From assembly GCA_040876345.1 (NCBI GenBank), contig JBBDPM010000001.1, positions 192,314 through 256,313 on the forward strand: DNA of 64,000 bases, given 5' to 3'. A program made the translations under genes and the position numbers. Under the pieces are notes generated by a model. It was not told where the DNA came from. It was given only the letters and a program-made list of their open reading frames with translations, and made no database searches. The DNA comes from Candidatus Woykebacteria bacterium (GTDB taxonomy: Bacteria > Patescibacteriota > Microgenomatia > Woykebacterales > RBG-16-39-9b). Below, one piece after another: positions 38,664 through 45,460 of this stretch. Within the stretch, counting starts at the first letter, position 1. Each line of letters begins with the position of its first letter.

Positions 38664-39406
38664 TGACTTTAGCTTATATTTTAGTTTTTACGTTTATAGG
38701 TAGTATTTTTTCACTGATTGGAGGATTACTTCTACTACTTAAAAAGGGCTTTGCCGTAAAGATTTCGCACTACTTAGCTGCTTTTGCGGCTGGGGCTTTG
38801 CTTGGCACGGCTTTTTTTGATCTTTTGCCCGAGGCTATCGAAGAATCTGCAGATGGTAGTATTTTTGTCTGGACACTATTTGGAATTTTGCTCTTCTTCA
38901 TTCTTGAAAGGACTCTACATTGGTTTCACCATCATCATCGTGAGCACGGTGAAGAGCAGGAACCAACAGTGCTTTTGCTAAACTTTGGGGATGCTATTCA
39001 TAATTTCCTTGACGGTGTAGCCATAGCGGCTACCTTCTTAGTCGATATAAAACTTGGTATTATTACCTCCTTTGCCGTAGCTGCTCACGAAATACCGCAA
39101 GAAATAGGTGATTTTGGTATTATGCTTCACAAAGGTTTAAGCGGCCGAAAAGTCCTGCTCCTTAACGTTTTGGTTGCCCTGACAGCAATTGCCGGCGCTC
39201 TTATCACCTACTTTTTGGGCGACATGATAAAACCTCTTTTACCAGTTGCTTTATCTATCACGGCAGGATTTTTTATTTATATAGCTTCATCAGACTTGAT
39301 ACCAGAAATACATAATAAAAATGCTCAAAAGTTAGCCGCAATAGAAAGTGGCTTACTTATTCTCGGAGTGGTAGTGATTTACGTATTTGTAAAACTTTTT
39401 GAATAG
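38663..39406 (+). CDS. zupT: ZIP-family zinc transporter
   Basis: HWFHHHHREHGEE His-rich loop, HEIPQEIGDF motif. Start after AAAGGAGGT RBS with TAATG overlap of Fur stop. Confidence 0.75.
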   Translation: MTLAYILVFTFIGSIFSLIGGLLLLLKKGFAVKISHYLAAFAAGALLGTAFFDLLPEAIEESADGSIFVWTLFGILLFFILERTLHWFHHHHREHGEEQEPTVLLLNFGDAIHNFLDGVAIAATFLVDIKLGIITSFAVAAHEIPQEIGDFGIMLHKGLSGRKVLLLNVLVALTAIAGALITYFLGDMIKPLLPVALSITAGFFIYIASSDLIPEIHNKNAQKLAAIESGLLILGVVVIYVFVKLFE

Positions 39407-39455
39407 ACCCCACTATTCGTCTTGCCCAGTTTGTCTAGTCAGTAAATGTGAATGC

Positions 39456-39484
39456 TTGACAAGATATAGTTTAGTTACTATACT
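39456..39484 (+). promoter_or_regulatory. candidate promoter plus imperfect palindrome (AGTTACTA-N7-TAGTAGCT) upstream of MarR gene
   Basis: TTGACA-17-TATACT. Palindrome overlaps -10 and may act as autoregulatory operator. Confidence 0.35.
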
Positions 39485-39506
39485 ATTTAGTAGCTTAACT
39501 ACAATA

Positions 39507-39983
39507 ATGGATAAGAATCGAGAAGAACTACTGGAAAAACTTTTTAAAGAGATGATCTATACTTTCCGCTCTCTTAAGCCGGAAGGCCATAACTTTAGTG
39601 GTTACGATCATCACTGGAGCAAACGCAAATTTGGACGAGGGCACATGGATCTTTTTTTCCGGCTCATGAAAGAAAAGGAAGGGGTCTTTGCCAAAGATCT
39701 AGCCGATTCTTTGTGTGTAACCCCAGGAGCTATTACCCAAATCGTTGATGGAGCAGTCAAGGGTGGTATGGTCACTCGTATGGAGGATCCAGCTGATCGT
39801 CGCTTTCAAAAAATAAAACTTTCCGACAAAGCTAAAAGTAAAATAGAAGGGTTTAAGAAGAATTATTTTGAAAAACTCGAGCCCAGATTTTCCTCATTGA
39901 GTGATGGGGAAATCTCTCAATTATCTAATTTGCTTGCTAAAGTCAACTCTGTATCGGCCGAAAAGGAAGCTGTCCATGAATAA
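39507..39983 (+). CDS. MarR-family transcriptional regulator
   Basis: wHTH block LADSLCVTPGAITQIVDGAVKGGMVTRMEDPADRR. Start chosen at MDKNREEL. Confidence 0.6.
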   Translation: MDKNREELLEKLFKEMIYTFRSLKPEGHNFSGYDHHWSKRKFGRGHMDLFFRLMKEKEGVFAKDLADSLCVTPGAITQIVDGAVKGGMVTRMEDPADRRFQKIKLSDKAKSKIEGFKKNYFEKLEPRFSSLSDGEISQLSNLLAKVNSVSAEKEAVHE

Positions 39984-40932
39984 TTCGGAATCCATAATAT
40001 CTGTAAAGAATATTTATAAAAGCTTTGGGAAAACCAAGGCCCTTTCTGGTGTCAGTTTTGAGGCGGAAAAAGGCACAGTCTTGGGCCTTCTTGGTCCTAA
40101 TGGTGCTGGGAAGACGACTTTAATAAAAATATTAACCACCCTTCTTGTTCCAGATCAAGGAAGTGCAAGTGTAGCGGGCTTTGATGTAGCAAAAGATGCT
40201 AATAAACTGCGAAATGTCATTGGACTAGCCGGTCAATACGCTGCAGTTGATGAAAATCTTACCGGTCGAGAAAATTTAGAGATGGTCGCCCGGCTCTATC
40301 ACTTAGGAAGAAAAGAATCTAGGGCGCGAGCAAGTGCAGTGTTAAAGGAAATGACTCTTGAAGAAGCTGCCAATCGAACTGTAAAAACCTACTCTGGAGG
40401 AATGAGACGGCGTTTGGATGTTGGTGCCTCTCTTTTGTTTGAACCAAAAGTTCTTTTTCTTGATGAGCCAACTACTGGTCTAGACCCAAGGACTAGAAGC
40501 GATCTTTGGAAATTTGTTCGAAGTTTGGTAGAAAAAGGCACCTCGGTTGTTTTGACCACTCAGTATTTGGAAGAAGCAGATGCCTTGGCAGATACTATAG
40601 TGTTACTTGATAAAGGGAAAATAATTGCCGATGGAACTAGTCGTGAGTTGAAGCGCAAAATTGGCGGTAGCATGGTGGAAATTGAACCAAAAAATTGGGA
40701 ACAAGCGAGCCAAATCGAAGGTCTTTTAAAAAATAAATTTAAAGAAAGAATTCACGTGAAAGATAGTCATCAGCTAATCACTCTACCAGCGCCAAATGGC
40801 CCAGCCGATCTTCGGGATGCCCTAAATATTTTGGAAGAAGCAGATATCGAGCTGGTCCATATTAGTTTGGCCCAGCCGACTTTAGACGAAGTTTTTCTCA
40901 CTTACACCGGGAAGGAGGTTGTTAGTGAATAG
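39976..40932 (+). CDS. ABC transporter ATP-binding protein (DrrA-like exporter)
   Basis: Walker A GPNGAGKTT, signature YSGGMRRR, Walker B LFLDEPTTGLD. Confidence 0.85.
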   Translation: MNNSESIISVKNIYKSFGKTKALSGVSFEAEKGTVLGLLGPNGAGKTTLIKILTTLLVPDQGSASVAGFDVAKDANKLRNVIGLAGQYAAVDENLTGRENLEMVARLYHLGRKESRARASAVLKEMTLEEAANRTVKTYSGGMRRRLDVGASLLFEPKVLFLDEPTTGLDPRTRSDLWKFVRSLVEKGTSVVLTTQYLEEADALADTIVLLDKGKIIADGTSRELKRKIGGSMVEIEPKNWEQASQIEGLLKNKFKERIHVKDSHQLITLPAPNGPADLRDALNILEEADIELVHISLAQPTLDEVFLTYTGKEVVSE

Positions 40933-41695
40933 TATATCAAACGCTATAAGCGACGTACTGGTAATTACTGAGCGCAATTTAATTAGATACAGGCGTATTC
41001 CACAACTTTTGATATTTTCCACCATACAACCAGTAATGTTTTTGGTTCTTTTTAACTACGTGTTTGGAGGTGCTATTTCTCAAACGGGCCAAACCGGAAA
41101 TTATATTAATTTTCTTTTGCCGGGGATCATTGTTCAGACAGTACTTTTTGGGGCAAGCCAGGCAAGTGTGGGAATGTCAGCTGATATGGCTTCCGGAATT
41201 ATGGACAGGTTTCGCTCTCTACCGATAGCCCGTTTTTCAGTAATTGCTGGAAGAGTATTGGCAGACACGATAAGAAATATTTTTGTGGTATTGATAATGT
41301 TGGCAGTTGGTTTACTGCTTGGCTTTGAATTTCAAAATGGAATTGGAAACCTAATTATAGGAGTTCTTTTAGCAGTGCTTTTTGGATTTTCTTTCACCTG
41401 GATATCGATCGCAATTGGGCTGATGGTTAAGGATCCCGAGGCTGCCCTGCCAGCTGGTTTTTTGTGGATTTTTCCTTTGGTTTTCGCAAGCGGGATTTTT
41501 GTACCAGTGAAGACCATGCCTGAATGGCTTCAAGTTTTTGCAAGAAATCAGCCAGTTACAAGGGTTGCAGATGCGGTGCGCTCTTACATGATTGGTGGCT
41601 CACACGACAGCCTAGTCCCAGCTCTTTTATGGATGGGTGCCATAACAGCCGTTTTCATATTTTTAAGCATATGGTTTTACCGAAGAGCGAAATAA
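40919..41695 (+). CDS. ABC-2 type transporter permease
   Basis: 6 TM ABC-2 topology; overlaps ATPase gene. Confidence 0.7.
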   Translation: MLVNSISNAISDVLVITERNLIRYRRIPQLLIFSTIQPVMFLVLFNYVFGGAISQTGQTGNYINFLLPGIIVQTVLFGASQASVGMSADMASGIMDRFRSLPIARFSVIAGRVLADTIRNIFVVLIMLAVGLLLGFEFQNGIGNLIIGVLLAVLFGFSFTWISIAIGLMVKDPEAALPAGFLWIFPLVFASGIFVPVKTMPEWLQVFARNQPVTRVADAVRSYMIGGSHDSLVPALLWMGAITAVFIFLSIWFYRRAK

Positions 41696-41725
41696 CGAAA
41701 AAAAAATAAAAGAAAGGTTACTGAT

Positions 41726-42667
41726 GTGAAAGCAGCTCAGATTAATAAATATGGTGGTGTTGATGTTATTGAGATTAATGAAAACGCCCCAAAACCATCT
41801 GTATCAGAAGGCCAAATTCTAGTCGCGGTTCACGAAGCTAGTATTAATCCTATCGATTGGAAGATTAGAGCGGGTTACTTACAGGGTATGAATCTACCGT
41901 TCCCAATGACTTTAGGAGGAGATTTTTCTGGTGTAGTTATAGAAGTTGGTGGAAATGTAACCAATTTCAAAGTGGGAGACGCAGTTTATGGGCAAGGTGG
42001 CGTTTTAAATGAAGGATCCGGATCCTTTGCCGAGTTTGCAGCAGCGAGTGTCAACAAAGTAGCTGCCAAACCAAAAAATTTGGATTTTCGGCAGGCAAGC
42101 TCCCTCCCGCTCACTGGCGTAAGTGCTCTGCAAGCTTTAGAGGGTCACATTAACTTGAGTAAGGGCCAAAAAATTCTCATTCATGGTGGTGCTGGTGGTA
42201 TCGGTACTATTGCTATTCAAATAGCAAAAGCTTTAGGTGCTTATGCCGTGACTACAGTAAATGGTAAAGATATAGACTATGTTAAAAGTTTGGGGGCAGA
42301 CGAAACAATTGACTATAAAAATAATGATTTTGAAAGGAAATTAAAAGACTTTGATGCGGTTTTTGATACTGTTGGTGGTGATACCACAGATAAATCTTTC
42401 AAAGTGCTAAAAAAAGGTGGGACTCTTGTTTCGATGGTTAGGGAACCTAGCCCAGAACTAGCGGAAAAATATGGAATTACGGCCATTCGGCAAGGTACAG
42501 ATTCTAATCCAGAGCGTTTAAGCAGGCTTTCAGAATTAGTTGAGAGTGGAAAAATTAAAGCCCAAATAGATAAAGTATTTCCTTTAGAACAAGTGAGAGA
42601 AGCGTTTAAACACCTCGAAGAAGGCCACCCAAGAGGTAAAGTAGTTTTAGAGATTAAGAAAAACTAA
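41726..42667 (+). CDS. zinc-type alcohol dehydrogenase-like / NADPH:quinone oxidoreductase (MDR family)
   Basis: GTG start. GGAGGIGTIAIQIAK NAD(P)-binding motif. Confidence 0.75.
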   Translation: MKAAQINKYGGVDVIEINENAPKPSVSEGQILVAVHEASINPIDWKIRAGYLQGMNLPFPMTLGGDFSGVVIEVGGNVTNFKVGDAVYGQGGVLNEGSGSFAEFAAASVNKVAAKPKNLDFRQASSLPLTGVSALQALEGHINLSKGQKILIHGGAGGIGTIAIQIAKALGAYAVTTVNGKDIDYVKSLGADETIDYKNNDFERKLKDFDAVFDTVGGDTTDKSFKVLKKGGTLVSMVREPSPELAEKYGITAIRQGTDSNPERLSRLSELVESGKIKAQIDKVFPLEQVREAFKHLEEGHPRGKVVLEIKKN

Positions 42668-42675
42668 CCTTTATT

Positions 42676-42745
42676 CTATGCTGGGGGGCATTTATCAAAC
42701 CGCATTTCTTGAAGTGCTATTTCAAGGGTACGACATTAGATTTGC
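42676..42745 (-). repeat. degenerate copy A of the secA 3' end (encodes ...PLK*HFKKCGLINAPQH...)
   Basis: About 75% nt identity to copy B and recognisable similarity to the real secA terminus (KKCGLVNSPTHQ). Out of any intact ORF. Confidence 0.55.
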
Positions 42746-42769
42746 TGCTATGTTTTTGAAAAAATAGCA

Positions 42770-42802
42770 TTGACAAATTGTACATAAAGTGGTACATATA
42801 AT
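42770..42802 (+). promoter_or_regulatory. promoter and GTACATA direct repeats (candidate Phd operator) upstream of phd
   Basis: TTGACA-17-TACATA (and TATAAT 4 nt further). GTACATA at 42780 and 42792. Confidence 0.4.
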
Positions 42803-42804
42803 AT

Positions 42805-43059
42805 ATGAGTGACTTAGTATCTATCTCTGATGCAAGAACAAACCTTCCCGACCTTGTTGCCAAGGTTAGTAATAGTATGGGTAGAGTAGTAATTACTGTC
42901 AACGGCAAGCCTCGGGCTACACTCGTAAGCGCAGAAGAGTTGGAGTCTCTCGAAGAAACAGCAGAAATCCTTTCTATTCCAGGGGCGAAGAAAAGTATTA
43001 TAGAAGGACTAAGACAAGCAAAAAAAGGACAAGGCATTTCTCTATCCCAATTAAAGTAA
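42805..43059 (+). CDS. type II antitoxin, Phd/YefM family
   Basis: 84 aa, MSDLVSISDARTNLPDLVAKV...VVITVNGKPRATLVSAEELESLEET. Confidence 0.8.
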   Translation: MSDLVSISDARTNLPDLVAKVSNSMGRVVITVNGKPRATLVSAEELESLEETAEILSIPGAKKSIIEGLRQAKKGQGISLSQLK

Positions 43060-43063
43060 GCTT

Positions 43064-43312
43064 ATGGAAGTAATTATTACTCCAAAGGCTAGTAAACAAT
43101 ACGACAAAATTCCCAATACTGAAAAGCTTAAAGTAGAAAAGAAACTTCTTGTACTTAGTCAAAACCCATATGATGGTAAGAAGCTTTCAGGTAATTTCTT
43201 AGGATTAAGATCCTTGAGAGCATGGCCATATAGAATAATTTATTACCTTGATGAGAAGTTACAGAAAGTATTTGTAGTTACTATTGCTCATAGGCAAGGT
43301 GTTTATGAATAA
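43064..43312 (+). CDS. relE: type II toxin, RelE/ParE family
   Basis: 82 aa. LSGNFLGLRSLRAWPYRIIYYLDEKLQKVFVVTIAHRQGVYE aligns with RelE C-terminus. Confidence 0.85.
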   Translation: MEVIITPKASKQYDKIPNTEKLKVEKKLLVLSQNPYDGKKLSGNFLGLRSLRAWPYRIIYYLDEKLQKVFVVTIAHRQGVYE

Positions 43313-43317
43313 ATTAT

Positions 43318-43415
43318 TAAGTTCTAGATTTAGCAATATTTTCTTGATGTGTCGGTATATTTACAAGACCACAACGCTTGAAGTGCTGTTTTAATGGGGC
43401 ACATATAGGTTTAAT
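43318..43415 (-). repeat. degenerate copy B of the secA 3' end (encodes ...ICAPLKQHFKRCGLVNIPTHQENIAKSRT*)
   Basis: 50/63 nt identical to the real secA terminus. Starts 6 nt after relE stop. Not part of an intact gene. Confidence 0.6.
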
Positions 43416-43417
43416 GA

Positions 43418-44386
43418 TTAAGAATCAGTTATTATTCTGATTTTTTCAAAATTCCTTCCTTCTAATCCTTCTATCGCTATTTTTTCTTTGGAAAATTTTG
43501 TTTTTTCTATTTGTTTTGGAGAAAGAATGTATTCGATAAAACTATCCCCCATTTTTTTCAAAGCACCAATTCCAACCCAGAATTTTGCGATAGAAGTTTT
43601 GGTTGTGCCAACGATGATAAATTTTCCAGAAGGAAGAGGCTGGCTAAAAACCGGTATTTTATCCTCTTTGTAGTAATAGCCAATGTCTCTTTTTAGTCCG
43701 ATATAAGCGTCGTGAATAGTGCGTATTTTCTCTCTCCATTTGGGGTCTTTTTTCTGCTCGGGGGTTGGATTTGCATTTAGCTCAACTGCCTGCAAATCTT
43801 CCTCAGAAAACGTGGGATTTGTTTTTGTCAGAGCGTTTGTCCTTTCATCTAATGATTCGTAGAAGTCTTCTACGGATGAAACCTGGTCTTCAAATTTAGT
43901 TATGGTCATTTTGAAGTTTTTTGGTTGGTAGCTTCTCAGGAAGTCTATTATCTTGGTGTATTCGGTGATATAAGATTCGACATCTGCAAGTGAGATATTA
44001 TCCATTTTGGGAAGAATGATATCATCCACAAAATAATCGAACCAAACCCCCGGTGTATAAATTTCACAAATTGGTTTTAGCCATTTTGTATAGTACATTG
44101 CAGCGAAGAGTTCGGCCCAATCCGGAAAGGGAGCTTCTTCTAGACTCCAGAGTTTATAGGCTCCATGAGGAAAAGTGAAGTTTATAGGAAGATTTTTTTC
44201 TACGTTTATTTTTATCGCCCCTCTTATTTGATCGGTGAGCTCTGGGCTCGCAGAATATTTTCTAAACTTTTTTGACATTACTATCCTGTAGATAGCCTCG
44301 ACCAATTCCTGATCGCTTGGTTTTGATATACCGGAGGGTTCCAGTAGGTTTTTTAAACTAGATTCTATGTATTCTTGGACCGTCAT
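43418..44386 (-). CDS. hypothetical protein (322 aa), cargo of secA-3' insertion cassette
   Basis: Soluble, no recognisable catalytic motif. Lies between copy B and the higBA pair. Confidence 0.5.
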   Translation of the reverse strand: MTVQEYIESSLKNLLEPSGISKPSDQELVEAIYRIVMSKKFRKYSASPELTDQIRGAIKINVEKNLPINFTFPHGAYKLWSLEEAPFPDWAELFAAMYYTKWLKPICEIYTPGVWFDYFVDDIILPKMDNISLADVESYITEYTKIIDFLRSYQPKNFKMTITKFEDQVSSVEDFYESLDERTNALTKTNPTFSEEDLQAVELNANPTPEQKKDPKWREKIRTIHDAYIGLKRDIGYYYKEDKIPVFSQPLPSGKFIIVGTTKTSIAKFWVGIGALKKMGDSFIEYILSPKQIEKTKFSKEKIAIEGLEGRNFEKIRIITDS

Positions 44387-44549
44387 ATTGGAGATGCGGA
44401 GTAGTCATTACTCTACTGTCGCAGCTTTGCAATCTGCTGCCTATTCTCGGCCACCGCACCACAGACATTATATCTTTATAGGAAGTGTAATTCTACAGCA
44501 AGGCAGATCATAATCTATGCTAGAATGGCAGCTATAAGGATGAGGGGAG

Positions 44550-44822
44550 TTATTTTATCTGAACTAAAAGTTCTGAATCTGTGGCTTTGGTGACTTTTTC
44601 GAGGAATTCGAGAGAAGGGTTTGAGTTACCAGACTCGAGGCGAGCAATGGCGGATTGTTTTGTCCCCACTTTTTTTGCCAGCTGTTCTTGAGTAAATCCC
44701 TTTTTGAGTCGTGCTTCGATAAGTTGAGACACCAGTTGGTAATGAGGCGTAAGTTTTTCGTATTCTTTAGAGATATTTTTATTTTTTAGTAGTTCTGCCT
44801 TGAGAGTTTTCCAATTTTTCAT
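44550..44822 (-). CDS. higA: HigA-like XRE-family HTH antitoxin
   Basis: 90 aa. FTQEQLAKKVGTKQSAIARLESG HTH. Follows toxin gene with 21-nt gap. Confidence 0.75.
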   Translation of the reverse strand: MKNWKTLKAELLKNKNISKEYEKLTPHYQLVSQLIEARLKKGFTQEQLAKKVGTKQSAIARLESGNSNPSLEFLEKVTKATDSELLVQIK

Positions 44823-44843
44823 AACGCTAATATAACATATACG

Positions 44844-45179
44844 TTATACTAGTGTCAACGTCCCCAATCGTTTCAAGGCTGTGTCTATTTCTTGGCGGGG
44901 AGTTTTCTGTTTCTTTTTTATAAAAGCGTGGAGTAAATAAATATCTTTCTTAGCATAGCCGTAGAGAATACGAATTTCTTGCCTGCCTCTGACTCGAAGT
45001 TCGTATAAGTCTGCTGTTAGCTTCTTAGTATGCGGCATCCCTAACCGAGAACCATAACTTTCCAACAGGTCAATCACGTGGATTACTTTAGCTACTGTTG
45101 GTTCATCTAGAGTTTTAATAAATTCTTCCACGAACTTTTCGCCACGTGATGATTCAAAAAGGACAACATTCCAGGGCAT
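44844..45179 (-). CDS. higB: HigB-like (Gp49/DUF1044) toxin
   Basis: 111 aa. ...LYELRVRGRQEIRILYGYAKKDIYLLHAFIKK pattern of phage Gp49-type HigB. Toxin-first order. Confidence 0.7.
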   Translation of the reverse strand: MPWNVVLFESSRGEKFVEEFIKTLDEPTVAKVIHVIDLLESYGSRLGMPHTKKLTADLYELRVRGRQEIRILYGYAKKDIYLLHAFIKKKQKTPRQEIDTALKRLGTLTLV

Positions 45180-45283
45180 TATGTATTCATAGTACCAAAT
45201 TAGGGGCGATTAGCAAAAAACTATAGTGGTAGTGGCTAAGATTAAAGTCTAAATCAGAGTAATTTCGACTAAACGAGTAAAAA

Positions 45284-45327
45284 TCTTGAGACTCCGCACG
45301 GAGGTCATAAGTACGGAAATCTCAAGA
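45284..45327. promoter_or_regulatory. inverted repeat TCTTGAGA-N28-TCTCAAGA with nested CTCCG-CA-CGGAG hairpin in higB upstream region
   Basis: Perfect 8-bp arms. Lies upstream of a minus-strand TTGCTA-16-TACTAT promoter-like sequence (about 45190-45225). Confidence 0.3.
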
Positions 45328-45362
45328 ATATTGACTTATAGTTTAAGAAAGTTTTGCTGCTT

Positions 45363-45460
45363 CTAGGCTTTAGACTTGGCCATATTTTCTTGGTGTGTCG
45401 GGCTATTTACAAGCCCACATTTTTTATACTTCAGACCTGAACCACACGGACACGGATCGT
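45363..45460 (-). repeat. copy C: functional 3' end of secA (…CPCGSGLKYKKCGLVNSPTHQENMAKSKA*) homologous to copies A and B
   Basis: See copies A/B. Confidence 0.6.

Noticed and set aside
44387-44549. GC-richer 160-bp spacer between higA and the 322-aa gene with GGCCGAG.../GCAGC-N10-GCTGC hairpins that looked vaguely tRNA-like on the minus strand
   Set aside because: No 7-nt anticodon loop, no TPsiC GTTCGA-type loop and no acceptor-stem pairing. More likely a promoter/structured leader.
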